In this document: in pieces, positions 26,241 through 35,874 of the stretch | Position numbering within the stretch: the first letter of the stretch is position 1 | Layout of the letters: the number at the start of each line of letters is the position of its first letter | Assembly (NCBI GenBank): GCA_023957375.1 | Contig: JAMLHB010000003.1 | Location: 5,830-69,829 of the forward strand | Direction: 5' to 3' | DNA length: 64,000 bases | Source of the DNA: Flavobacteriales bacterium | GTDB taxonomy: Bacteria > Bacteroidota > Bacteroidia > Flavobacteriales_F > PHOS-HE28 | Made by a program: the position numbers and the translations under genes | The notes under the pieces: generated by a model | Seen by the model: only the letters and a program-made list of their open reading frames with translations | Told to the model about the DNA's origin: nothing | Databases searched by the model: none

Positions 26241-27908
26241 TCACTCCCCCGCCAACCGGCTATTCCTCCTCCCATAAGCAAAATACACGGCCAGCCCCAG
26301 CGCCATCCACCCGAAGAAGACGGCCCAGCTCTTGGCGGGGATCTCGATCATCAGGTAGGCGCAGCTGAGCATGCCGATGCAGGGGATCAGCGAGTAGTTA
26401 CGCCGGAAGGCTTGCACGGCGGTGCCTATGGCGAAGAGGGTGAACGCGGCAAGGAGTATGGCTTGGCGATCTAAGTGCAGGCTGGTGAAGGCGTTGGTGA
26501 TCCGCACGCGGTCCAGCAGCAGGTAGGCCAGCACGATGGCGGGTATGAAGTACTTGCCGGGGATGAACGGGATGCGGAAACGCTTGCGCCCGCTGGCATC
26601 ACGGGCATCCAAGCGCGGCAGCAGCAGCACGCCGGCGCACACCAGGGTGAACGCGAACAGCGTGCCGATGGAAGTGAGGTCCGTGATGATGCCGCTGGGC
26701 GCCAGCAGCGCGGGGATGCCCACCAGCACACCGGTGACCACTGTGGCGAACGCGGGCGTTCCGTACTTGCGGTGCAGGTGGCCGAAGCGCGGCGGCAGCA
26801 GCCCGTCGCGGCTCATGCTCATCCAGATGCGCGGCTGGCCCAGTTGGAAAACGAGCAGCACGCTGGTGGCCGCCAGCACGGCGCCGATGCTCACCACAAA
26901 GCCGAAGCCGCCCAGGCCCACCTTGTTGAACACGTAGGCCAGCGGGTCCATCACGCCCTTGAAATCGGTGTAGGGCACCATGCCGGTGAGCACCAAGGCG
27001 GTAACGCAGTAGATCACCGTGCAGATCACTAAGGACCAGATCATGCTGCGGGGCAGGTCGCGCTGCGGGTCCTTGCACTCCTCCGCCGTGGTGCTGATGG
27101 CGTCAAATCCGATGTAGGCGAAGAACACCGCACTGACACCTTTCAACACACCGCCCATGCCGTTGGGCAGGAAGGGCACGTAGTTGGCGCCGTTGATGTA
27201 CCACAGCCCCACCAGCGCCACTGCCGCCAGCAGCACCAGCTTCAGGATCACCATGCCGTTGGCCACGCGCTTGCTTTCCTTGATGCCCACGTACACCACG
27301 GCGGTGATCAGCACGGTGATCAGCAATGCCGGGATGTTCATGATCACGCGCCAGCCGCCCACCACCGGCGCGGAGGCCCAGGCCAGGGCTTCCGTGGGCT
27401 GCCCCAACTGCTTGGCATGCTCGAAAGCTTCCTTCGCGCCCAACGGATCGGTGGCTAACCACGGCGGCAGGTGCAGCCCAAAGGCCGCGAGGATGTTGGT
27501 GAAATAGCTGCTCCACGAAATGGCCACCACCACGTTGCCGATGGCGTATTCCAGGATCAGCGCCCAGCCGATCACCCAGGCCACCACCTCGCCAAAACTG
27601 ACGTAGCTGTAAGTGTACGCGCTGCCGCTCACCGGCACGCGCCCGGCGAATTCCGCGTAGCACAGCGCCGTGAAGCCGCACACAGCCGCGGTGATGATGA
27701 ACAGGAACACCACGCCCGGACCGCCCTCGTAAGCCGCCGCGCCCACGGTGCTGAAGATGCCTGCACCGATCACCGCCGCCACGCCCATCAGCGTGAGGTC
27801 GCGTACGGTGAGCGTGCGCTTCATGGCCGGATGCCCGTCCGCCTCCCGCGCTTCGTGCTCCCGCAGGATGCGTTCCACGGATTTCTTTCGGAAGAGGTCG
27901 TTGGCCAT
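26241..27908 (-). CDS. Amino acid permease (APC superfamily)
   Basis: 12-TM protein with GAGIF motif (LMGVAAVIGAGIFSTVG) and a typical APC N-terminus. Confidence 0.8.
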   Translation of the reverse strand: MANDLFRKKSVERILREHEAREADGHPAMKRTLTVRDLTLMGVAAVIGAGIFSTVGAAAYEGGPGVVFLFIITAAVCGFTALCYAEFAGRVPVSGSAYTYSYVSFGEVVAWVIGWALILEYAIGNVVVAISWSSYFTNILAAFGLHLPPWLATDPLGAKEAFEHAKQLGQPTEALAWASAPVVGGWRVIMNIPALLITVLITAVVYVGIKESKRVANGMVILKLVLLAAVALVGLWYINGANYVPFLPNGMGGVLKGVSAVFFAYIGFDAISTTAEECKDPQRDLPRSMIWSLVICTVIYCVTALVLTGMVPYTDFKGVMDPLAYVFNKVGLGGFGFVVSIGAVLAATSVLLVFQLGQPRIWMSMSRDGLLPPRFGHLHRKYGTPAFATVVTGVLVGIPALLAPSGIITDLTSIGTLFAFTLVCAGVLLLPRLDARDASGRKRFRIPFIPGKYFIPAIVLAYLLLDRVRITNAFTSLHLDRQAILLAAFTLFAIGTAVQAFRRNYSLIPCIGMLSCAYLMIEIPAKSWAVFFGWMALGLAVYFAYGRRNSRLAGE

Positions 27909-27941
27909 GTGAGGATTGATGCGGGGAAAGTAGGAAAAGAG

Positions 27942-28077
27942 CAGTTGTCCGTTGCAAGTTGCCGGTGGAAAGGGCGCAGGGTCTGGTTCGTAGGGCGTAG
28001 GGCGTAGGGCGTAGTTCGCAGGGCATGGTTGATGGTCCTTCTGGACGTATTCCTCCCCACGAACTACGAACTGCGCA
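27942..28077. repeat. Heptamer repeat arrays (GTTGTCC and GTAGGGC/GTAGTTC) with inverted partner
   Basis: gttcgtagggcgtagggcgtagggcgtagttcgcagggc ... cacgaactacgaactgcgcac. Confidence 0.7.
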
Positions 28078-28123
28078 CGTTGCCCTGTTGGCAGGGCGCA
28101 GGGTGCAGTGCGTGGTGCCGGGT

Positions 28124-29291
28124 TTAGATCCGCGCCAGCGCCTGCTCCAGATCGGCGATCAGCAGTTGCGGGTCTTCCAAGCCCACGTAGATCCGCACCA
28201 AGTCCCAGGGCAGTTCACCTTGTGGGGCCTGGGGATCCATGGTGGCTGCCGTGGGGAACTGCAGCGATTCGTAGCCGCCCCAGCTCACCGCCATCAGGAA
28301 GCGTTTCAAGGCGTTGCAGAAGCGCTCCACCCCGGCGATGTCAGGGGCCTCTACACGAATGCTCATCAGACCTGCGCAGCGCTTCATCTGCCGCTTGGCC
28401 AAAGCCTGTTGCGGAAAGCCGTCCAGAAACGGCCAGTTCACTTGCGCCACCTTGGGGTGCGCCTCCAGGAACTTGGCCACCTGTTCCGCACTGTCGGCAC
28501 TGCGGTGCATGCGGAGCTCCAGCGTCCGCAGGCCGCGCATCAACAGCCATGCATCGTGCGGCGAAGGGATCGCCCCCAAGGTCATGAATTCCTTGGCCAT
28601 CACTTGGCGGATGTGTTCACGGCTTCCGGCCAGCACCCCGCACACCACGTCGCTGTGGCCGTTCAGGTACTTCGTTCCACTGTGCGCCACCAGGTCGATG
28701 CCCAGGTCGATCGGGTTCTGGAACAGCGGACTGCTATAGCTGTTGTCGCATACCGTGAGGATGCCGTGCTCCTTGGCGATGGCCGCCACGGCGCGCAGGT
28801 CCTGCAGCTCGAAGGTGATGGAGTTCGGGCTTTCCAGGATGAAGAGCCGCGTGCTTGGCGTAACGGCGCGGCGGAAGTGCTCCGCATCGGTGCCGTCCAC
28901 GTAGGTGTGTGTCACGCCGAAGCGTTCCAGCAGTTCGTTGAGCAACTTGGTGGTCCAGCTGTAGGGCTTTCGCACGCACACGATGTGGTCGCCTGCCTTC
29001 ACGAAGCTGAGCACCCCCGCCGCGATGGCCGCGCTGCCGCTGCCGAAGAGCAAGGCATCTTCCGCGTGTTCCAACGCGGCCAGCTTCCTGCGCACCACGG
29101 CCACCGTGGGGTTCGCACCGCGGGTGTACAGCGGCACGTCGAACTCGTTGCGCATGGCGTTGCGCAGTGCTTCCACCGTGGGGTAGGTGAAGTTGCCGCT
29201 CTGCACCACCGGCGGCACCACCGCGTGGAAGCCAGCCACGCGGTCTTCGCCAAGGTGGTTCAGGATGAAGGAGAGGTCGTCTGTGTCCACG
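28124..29291 (-). CDS. Cys/Met-metabolism PLP-dependent enzyme (cystathionine gamma-synthase/beta-lyase family). Likely GTG start.
   Basis: Sequence DVPLYTRGANPTVAVVRRKLAALEHAEDALLFGSGSAAI...HSGTKYLNGHSDVV contains the PLP-lysine motif. No ATG lies in a plausible position, so the GTG at 29291 is assumed. Confidence 0.7.
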
Positions 29292-29777
29292 TGCTTCGGG
29301 TTTGGGGGAAAGGTAGCGGATGAAGCGGGCGCATCCCTTGGTCGTGTCCATGCGCCCACGTCTATGCGGTCATGCCAGCGAATGCCGAATGATCCTTTCC
29401 GGATCGAATGCCGCGCTGGATACGGGTTCAATGTTGTGTGACCCACTTCGAGGCCACGATCACCATCACCCCAAGTGACCCCGGAGGGGTCGCACAACGT
29501 TGCAAAAAGAAATAATGCCGTACGACCCTGAAAGGGTCGCACACCAACGGATCCCAAACCGGTCGGCAGTACACCCTTCCAATGCAGTGATCAACGCGCC
29601 ACCAGCACCTCTGCTTCCTTCAATGGCCAACAGCATTTCTGCCCCTTCTAAAAGGACAAATCCGCGCTTCCATGTCCTTTCAAATAGGATGATCAATAAC
29701 CGCAGGCGCCGACCCGATCAGCCAAAAACACAACGGCAGCCGAAACTACCGGACCTGCACGGCCCCTTCAACCTGCT

Positions 29778-31514
29778 TCACGGAGCGTTCCTCCCGAAAA
29801 ACACAAACCCGTTCTTGCGGTATAGCTCCTGCAATCCGGGGATGGCCGCCACTTCTTCCGCGCTGGTCACCTTGCACATGACGTACACTGGCCTGCCCAC
29901 GTTGCCGGTGAGCAGCCAATTTTCGCTCTGCACGCGGGAGTCGGTGATGGGCGGCATGCGCGTGTAGAACCACTGCGCGTAGCTCTTGTAGCCCTTGGTC
30001 ATCACGTAGCAGGTTTCGCCCTGCCGCTGCTGGAAGAATTCCACGGCCGCACGCTGCGAATACCCTTCGATGCGGTTGATGAAATAGTACAGCGTGATGG
30101 TGACGAACAGCGCCGTGCCGCCGAACACCGCCACGATGCCGCTGCGGTATTCGCGTTTGGCGAAGAAGCGGTGGCCCAGATAGAGCACCACGCACATCCA
30201 CACGCCCGCCAACGCTTCCCAGCCGCTCCAATGCACTTCCGCCATCAAGTTGCCTTGCGCGAAGGGGTCGCTCTTCAACAACGGAATGATCCATTCCGGG
30301 TGCATGCCGATGAACGGCAACACCAACGTGACCAGCGCGAAGAGCGTGCCGATACCGCCCATCAGCAGCCGCGACCACAGCGTGGCCCTCCCGCCGTTCC
30401 ATAGCCGCTCCAATTGCAGCGCCGCGAGGAAGGTGAGCGGGAAGTAGCACAGGCTGCTGTAGTGGACGATCTTGGTCTTGACGATGCTGAAGAGGATGAA
30501 CACGACCCAGAAAAGGATGAGGAGCCACTTGCGGTAGTTGTCCGTTGTCCGTTGTTGATTAGCTCCCTCAGCGGTCTCCCGAAGGGGACCCTGAGGCAAA
30601 GGGTGCATACAAGGTCCGCTGCGCGAGACCTTGATGGAGCTAGTTCCCCTGACTATCTCCTGCAGGGCAAAGACCGATGCGGGGAAGCAGCCGATGAGCA
30701 GCACCACGAAATGGTAGCCGAAGAAGCCGCCGTGGCCGGCATCCTCGGTGCTGAGCATGGCCACCTGCCGCCAGAAGAAGGCGGTGAAGAACACGGGGCC
30801 GTTGCGCAGCAGGTCCGCGCCGAACCACAGGCCGGGCACTAACAGCAGCACGCCCAGCATCAACAGCACGCGCGGGATGGAAACGTAGAGGCGGAACCGG
30901 TTCCACACCCAGTACACCAGCGCGCACAGCGCGGGGATCAGCACGCCCACCGGCCCTTTGGTGAGCACGGCCAGCCCCATCCAAAGCCCGGCCATGGCTG
31001 CGGAAAGGTTCTTCCTCCGGGCTGAAAGACCCGCGCTGGCCGGTGTGTCGGTGCTGCGGATGAACCCCAGGAAGCCGAGGAAGATGAAGAAGTTGAACCA
31101 GGGATCGATGATGCCGCTGCGGAAGTAGAGGTTTGGCAGGATGGAGCCGATATAGGCCAGCACCCAGAGCAGCCCGAAGCTGCGGTTGCGCAGCCGCGTG
31201 CCGATGCGGAACAGCACCAACAGCGTGGCCACGCCGCACAACGCGTTGGGCAGGCGCGCCGCAAACTCGCCCACGCCAAACACCGACATGCTGAGCGCCT
31301 GCATCCACATAAAGAGCGGCGGCTTCTCATAGAACGGCACATAGCCGATCTGCGGCTGCAGCCAGTTGTGCGTGGCCAGCATCTCCCGCGCGATCTCCGC
31401 GAAGTTGATCTCGTCCCAATCGAACAGGTGTACCGCACCCAAGCCGGGCACAAAGAGCAGCAACGCCAACAAGGCGATCAGCCACGAGATGCTGCGGTTG
31501 GACAGGCCCTTCAT
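29778..31514 (-). CDS. GT39/GT83-family glycosyltransferase (ArnT/PMT-like), carrying an in-frame repeat insertion
   Basis: MKGLSNRSISWLIALLALLL...DEINFAEIAREML...YFEKPPLFMW is ArnT/PMT_2-like. A ~42 aa insertion (RGTSSIKVSRSGPCMHPLPQGPLRETAEGANQQRTTDN) is encoded by the palindromic element. Confidence 0.75.
   Translation of the reverse strand: MKGLSNRSISWLIALLALLLFVPGLGAVHLFDWDEINFAEIAREMLATHNWLQPQIGYVPFYEKPPLFMWMQALSMSVFGVGEFAARLPNALCGVATLLVLFRIGTRLRNRSFGLLWVLAYIGSILPNLYFRSGIIDPWFNFFIFLGFLGFIRSTDTPASAGLSARRKNLSAAMAGLWMGLAVLTKGPVGVLIPALCALVYWVWNRFRLYVSIPRVLLMLGVLLLVPGLWFGADLLRNGPVFFTAFFWRQVAMLSTEDAGHGGFFGYHFVVLLIGCFPASVFALQEIVRGTSSIKVSRSGPCMHPLPQGPLRETAEGANQQRTTDNYRKWLLILFWVVFILFSIVKTKIVHYSSLCYFPLTFLAALQLERLWNGGRATLWSRLLMGGIGTLFALVTLVLPFIGMHPEWIIPLLKSDPFAQGNLMAEVHWSGWEALAGVWMCVVLYLGHRFFAKREYRSGIVAVFGGTALFVTITLYYFINRIEGYSQRAAVEFFQQRQGETCYVMTKGYKSYAQWFYTRMPPITDSRVQSENWLLTGNVGRPVYVMCKVTSAEEVAAIPGLQELYRKNGFVFFGRNAP
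30533..30660. repeat. MITE-like palindromic element inserted in-frame in the GT39 gene
   Basis: Heptamers gttgtccgttgtccgttgtt, terminal inverted repeats gattagctcc...ggagctagttc, and internal hairpins cctcagcggtctcc-cgaag-gggaccctgagg and caaggtcc-gctgcgcg-agaccttg. Confidence 0.6.
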
Positions 31515-31626
31515 GCGGTGCCGAAGGTAGCGGCGTAAAACGCGTTGCCTTTCCGCAGCGGGCCGGCATTAGGACACGAGCGTGGACGCTCGCGTCAGAG
31601 ATGGGATGGATTCAGCGTGGTCAGCG

Positions 31627-31818
31627 CTACCACTCCGGTTCTTTGTCCTTCTTCTTGAGAGCGAAAAACAACAGCGCACAAAACGTGATCAAGTACAAGG
31701 TATCGATGTAAGGCTTCTCGAACGTGAAGTTCTTGAAGTCCGTGTGTTTATAGAGCGTAAACCCGATCGGGGCCGCCAGGATCAGCAGCAACACGTCCAG
31801 ACGCTTCTTTCGCTTCAT
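31627..31818 (-). CDS. Small membrane protein (63 aa)
   Basis: Two hydrophobic helices. Lower GC. Sits 5 nt downstream of the DUF3667 gene. Confidence 0.4.
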   Translation of the reverse strand: MKRKKRLDVLLLILAAPIGFTLYKHTDFKNFTFEKPYIDTLYLITFCALLFFALKKKDKEPEW

Positions 31819-31822
31819 GGTC

Positions 31823-32539
31823 TTACTGCTTGGAGATCAAGTCAACGCCAATACCCACCAATGTAATCGCTATGGCAAAGGAGATCATGCCCAGGATGTA
31901 CGCAAGGAATGCCTTCAGGTAGTTCAACAGCTTGCCTTGCCCATAAAACTGCCCGACCGCCCACGTGATATAGGCAAGCACCACCACCGAACCGAACATC
32001 ACCAAGTTGATGCTGAGCAATTCCTGGGCGATGGCAAGGAATGACAAAACAAGCATGCCCATGCCCATGACAAAGCACAGGAGCACCAAGATCTCGTAGA
32101 GGTTGAAGGGGTGCTTGCGAAAGAACAGCTTCGTCCAGAGTGCGATGAATATCCCCATGATGATATTGGCATACCCGTAATGGCCCTGTATCCACGCCCA
32201 AACCGTAAACACCGCCGATTTCACGGGTGGTTGGAAATTCCCGTATTCTGCTTCGATGTGAAAATAGTGGTTCACCACGGAGTAGAACAGTGAGGTCACG
32301 ATGATGAAGAGGATGGGCTTCACCAATCGGTTCCTGTTCACCAACAGGTAATCCCGGATGCTTTTGCCCGGCCTGGCCAGCATCTCCCTTACGGTGTACA
32401 AGATCCCCCGTTCCAAATGCAGCACATGCTGGACCTCATGGAGCAGGTAGTGCCCATCGATCCGCTTTACTTCCGCTGCTTGCCCGCAATTGGGGCAAAA
32501 CTTGGCGTTCACCTCCTTGGCGCAGTTCGCACAGTTCAT
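31823..32539 (-). CDS. DUF3667-like protein (N-terminal zinc ribbon + multi-TM)
   Basis: MNCANCAKEVNAKFCPNCGQ zinc ribbon followed by ~5 TM helices. Lower GC. Confidence 0.55.
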   Translation of the reverse strand: MNCANCAKEVNAKFCPNCGQAAEVKRIDGHYLLHEVQHVLHLERGILYTVREMLARPGKSIRDYLLVNRNRLVKPILFIIVTSLFYSVVNHYFHIEAEYGNFQPPVKSAVFTVWAWIQGHYGYANIIMGIFIALWTKLFFRKHPFNLYEILVLLCFVMGMGMLVLSFLAIAQELLSINLVMFGSVVVLAYITWAVGQFYGQGKLLNYLKAFLAYILGMISFAIAITLVGIGVDLISKQ

Positions 32540-32734
32540 TCTTTTGGCGGGCTACTTTCTTCTGTCCGTTTGATCCTCGTGCAGGTACTTCGCTTCGAGA
32601 CCCTAATCCTCCCGCAAGGTCTTCGCATCGAGACCCCGCAGTTTGCGCGATGCCGCGGTGAAGCTACGCCAATATCAACCCGTAATGTTTTGGTGCGCAG
32701 GGTCCAGAAACGGAGACACTGAGCGAAGGTAAAG

Positions 32735-32955
32735 AGCCTTCATGCGGTGCCGAAGGTACCGGCGTAGACCGCCTTGCCTTTCCGTAGCGGGCCGACATTA
32801 GGACACGAGCGTGGACGCTCGCGTCAGAGATGGGGACACTGAGCGAAGGTAAAGGGCCTTCATGCAGTGCCGAAGGTAGCGGCGTAAAACGCGTTGCCTT
32901 TCCGCTGCGGGCTGGCATTAGGACACGAGCGTGGACGCTCGCGTCAGAGATGGGG
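32735..32955. repeat. Two tandem extra copies of the ~105 bp GT39 5' leader (hairpin + start codon region)
   Basis: Both copies match 31503-31620 (cttcatgcggtgccgaaggtagcggcgtaaaacgcgttgcctttccgcagcgggccggcattaggacacgagcgtggacgctcgcgtcagagatggg) with few mismatches. Confidence 0.85.
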
Positions 32956-33753
32956 TCAAAGAGCAAGCTCGTCAATAATGATATATTTCCGAAAATCAAT
33001 TCCAGGTTTGAAGCGTTTAACTTTACCATCATAAATTATCTTCCCATCAATTCTCCAACGCAGTCGCCAATCATAGTGGGCCGGATGAATAATTGGCCTT
33101 AATAATCTTCTCGTTCGCTCAATAAGCTTTACATTCCATATGTAAGTCGGTGGAGTATTGTCATCTTTTTTGTATCGCTGGTAATTCCATAGTTCAATTG
33201 TTTCATCTGCAAGTTGAGTTAAACTTGTCTGCAAATGTTCTGTCAAGATTAAATAGAGCTCCTTGTTGTCGTCGGAGTTGAGGTTATAATTCTCGGGCGG
33301 GTCAGGAAACTCTACAAAACCCAATCGCTTCCAAAAAGGCTCTGAATCGCTTGGAGAGCATTGCAAATCAACAACACAAACTCCGCTGTCTTTCAGAAAA
33401 TCGAGTACAAAACCAGTCAATTTTTTACCAATTCCTTTCTCGCGATGAGTATGCTTCACCTTCGCTATCTCAATTCTTGCTGTCTTGCCTGTAGTTCGTC
33501 GCCAAGTTGCAAACCCAATAGTTCTATTGTTGAGTGAGATTGTCACCAACTCGTTGTTATCAAACGAAGATTTAATAATGTTCCAATTACAATAAAATCC
33601 GCCTCCAGTTTTTTCCTTCTCCGAACGCAACCACTGTTCTATTTCTTTTACCTGCTTGTTTGTCGGCGAAAGCGATACCCGAAAATTGTCGGTTCCCCTT
33701 TGTATTTCGGCCGCCATAATGTTGCAAAAGTGCAAGGTACCCTCTTTCCGCAT
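32956..33753 (-). CDS. GNAT family N-acetyltransferase, in a markedly low-GC islet
   Basis: Acetyl-CoA binding motif HREKGIGKKLTGFVLDFL. AT-rich codon usage unlike the flanks. Start uncertain (ATG at 33753 or 33717). Confidence 0.6.
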   Translation of the reverse strand: MRKEGTLHFCNIMAAEIQRGTDNFRVSLSPTNKQVKEIEQWLRSEKEKTGGGFYCNWNIIKSSFDNNELVTISLNNRTIGFATWRRTTGKTARIEIAKVKHTHREKGIGKKLTGFVLDFLKDSGVCVVDLQCSPSDSEPFWKRLGFVEFPDPPENYNLNSDDNKELYLILTEHLQTSLTQLADETIELWNYQRYKKDDNTPPTYIWNVKLIERTRRLLRPIIHPAHYDWRLRWRIDGKIIYDGKVKRFKPGIDFRKYIIIDELAL

Positions 33754-33805
33754 ACGCGGAATACGGAGTTTTCAACAACGACCACACTTGGCCATGTACA
33801 TCCCT

Positions 33806-34555
33806 TCACCGCTTCCCCAACAGCCCCCACCCCATCAATCCTGTCCGTGCCAAAAAGTACCGCCAGCTCACGTTCAGCACGCCGAAGCCATACTTCATGC
33901 TGCGGCTGAAGTTGATGCTGCTGGCCTCATCGAAGTACTTGGTGGGGCAAGTCACTTCCGCAATGGCGAAGCGGTTCCAGAAGATCTGGCCGATCATCTG
34001 GTTGTCGAACACGAAATCGTCGGAGCAGCGGTGGTATTCGCACTTGCGCAGCACATCGGCGCTGTAAGCGCGGTAGCCGGTGTGGTACTCGCTGAGCTTC
34101 TCGCCCATCAGCATGTTCTGGGTGAGGGTGAGCAGGCGGTTGGCGATGTATTTGTACAATGGCATGCCGCCCTTGAGCGCACCGCCGCCTAAGATGCGCG
34201 AGCCGAAGACCACGGGATAGACCCCATCGCCGATCACCGCCACCATGGCCGTAATGAGCTTGGGGGTGTACTGGTAGTCGGGGTGCAGCATCACCACGAT
34301 GTCGGCGTCCAGTTCCAGGGCCTTGTTGTAGCAGCTCTTCTGGTTGCCGCCGTAACCCTTGTTCACCTCATGCACCACGATGTGGCGAATGCCGATGCGC
34401 TTGGCCTCCTCCACGGTGTTGTCAGGGCTGTTGTCGTCCACGAGCACCACCTCATCCACGATGTCGAACGGGATTTCGTCGTAGGTCTGCTTCAGGGTGT
34501 GCTGGGCCTTGTAGGCGGGGAGCACCACAACTACTTTCTGGTTTCGGTACATGGT
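33806..34555 (-). CDS. GT2 glycosyltransferase (polyprenol-phosphate sugar transferase, ArnC/DPM1-like)
   Basis: MYRNQKVVVVLPAYKA...VVLVDDNSPDNT...DAD GT-A fold motifs. Start chosen at the internal Met. Confidence 0.75.
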   Translation of the reverse strand, partial: TMYRNQKVVVVLPAYKAQHTLKQTYDEIPFDIVDEVVLVDDNSPDNTVEEAKRIGIRHIVVHEVNKGYGGNQKSCYNKALELDADIVVMLHPDYQYTPKLITAMVAVIGDGVYPVVFGSRILGGGALKGGMPLYKYIANRLLTLTQNMLMGEKLSEYHTGYRAYSADVLRKCEYHRCSDDFVFDNQMIGQIFWNRFAIAEVTCPTKYFDEASSINFSRSMKYGFGVLNVSWRYFLARTGLMGWGLLGKR

Positions 34556-34635
34556 TTGGCAAAGATGGGGGAGTTGCCACCAACGGGATGAACAGATCAC
34601 GCAAAGTATGGATAACTTACGCGAAGCCGCGAAGG

Positions 34636-34785
34636 GGGTACTCCAAGAACGCTTGTGGCAGGCACTTGGCAAATACGATGCCTCACGCGAAGCCGCGAAG
34701 GCGCGAAGGGGGTACTCCAAGAACGCTTGTGGCAGGCACTTGGCAAATACGATGCCTCACGCGAAGCCGCGAAGGCGCGAAGGAG
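34636..34785. repeat. Tandem direct repeat, ~75 bp x2, with downstream inverted partial copy
   Basis: gggggtactccaagaacgcttgtggcaggcacttggcaaatacgatgcctcacgcgaagccgcgaaggcgcgaag occurs twice. ccttcgcggcttcgcgtg lies downstream at 34830. Confidence 0.8.
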
Positions 34786-34893
34786 TACTCCTTGATTCGT
34801 GTGAAATACTCCACCTTCCCTGGATGGAACCTTCGCGGCTTCGCGTGCCTCTTCCCCGCCAGCCTGTATGCTTCGCGTGCCTCTTCCCCACCT

Positions 34894-35802
34894 TCAGCCT
34901 GCTGCCGAGGTGCCTTTGTTCACCAAGTACACGCCCAGCAGGATCAGGCCCACCATGGCCAATTGCATCGGGGCCACGCTTTCGCCATCGAACAGGCCCC
35001 AGCCGATGGCCACCACGGGCATGAGGTAGGTGACGGAGGCCGCCCACACGGCGGAGGTGAGCTTGATCAACTGGTTCCAGAGGATGAGCGACATACCTGT
35101 ACCCAGCGCCGCCAAGATGGCCACAAAGCCCAAGGCCCTCCAAGCATGCGGCACCGTGGCCAAGGTGTGCGGCAGGTCCGATGCGAAAATGCCGACGAGG
35201 CCTAGCGGCCCCACCATGCTGATGGCCAGCACGGAGATGGCCGTGGCGGGCACCATGTACAGGCCGTGCTTCACGATGTTTCCGCTGAACCCGTAGCACA
35301 CCGCGCCCACGATGGGCAGGATGGCGTACATGCTCCAGGCCGCAGCCCCGCCGCCCTGCCGGAAGGCGATGGTGCCCAAGGCCCCCGCCAGGCCCAGCAA
35401 CACGCCAAGGAAGTTGGCCGCGCGGAAGCGTACGCCGAACAGCAGCACGCCCACCAAGAGCGTAAAGAGCGGTGAGAGGCTGTTGAGCATGCCCGCCAGG
35501 GAGCTGTCAATGCGGCTTTGCGCCAAGGCGAACAGGAACGCGGGAATGCCGTTGCCCAGCAGGGCCGTGCCCAGCAGCGGTTTCCAATGGCCGATAAACC
35601 AGTGTGCGTGGCGGAAGAGCAGCGGCAGTAGCACCAACCAGGCGATGAACAGGCGCGCGCTGGCCAGCTGCATGGGTGAAAGTGCAGGCGCCCCGCCCTG
35701 GAACAGCCCGCGCTTCATCAGGATAAAGGAACTGCCCCAGACCAGGGACAAAATGGCGAGCAACAACCACTTGGTCCTATGGATGGCGGTGCTGCGTTCC
35801 AT
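34894..35802 (-). CDS. DMT (EamA-like) family transporter
   Basis: 10 TM helices with duplicated EamA pattern (LAILSLVWGSSFILMK ... ). Start at the internal Met MERSTAIHRTKWLL. Confidence 0.7.
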   Translation of the reverse strand: MERSTAIHRTKWLLLAILSLVWGSSFILMKRGLFQGGAPALSPMQLASARLFIAWLVLLPLLFRHAHWFIGHWKPLLGTALLGNGIPAFLFALAQSRIDSSLAGMLNSLSPLFTLLVGVLLFGVRFRAANFLGVLLGLAGALGTIAFRQGGGAAAWSMYAILPIVGAVCYGFSGNIVKHGLYMVPATAISVLAISMVGPLGLVGIFASDLPHTLATVPHAWRALGFVAILAALGTGMSLILWNQLIKLTSAVWAASVTYLMPVVAIGWGLFDGESVAPMQLAMVGLILLGVYLVNKGTSAAG

Positions 35803-35874
35803 GCATGGCGATGCGGGCCGAAGGTAGAGGCGCAATTGCCCCGGCAAGCTACCTTTGTACCATACCTCCATCCG

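Noticed and set aside
29292-29780. SAM-I (S-box) riboswitch upstream of the Cys/Met PLP enzyme gene
   Set aside because: I looked for the conserved S-box core (…AUCAAGAG.GG..GAGGGA..GGCCC.AUGAA…) on the gene strand and did not find it. Only generic hairpins are present (reported separately at low confidence).
32664-33032. 122-aa ORF spanning the leader repeats
   Set aside because: Its internally repetitive 'protein' is simply the translation of the tandem leader copies in a non-native frame.
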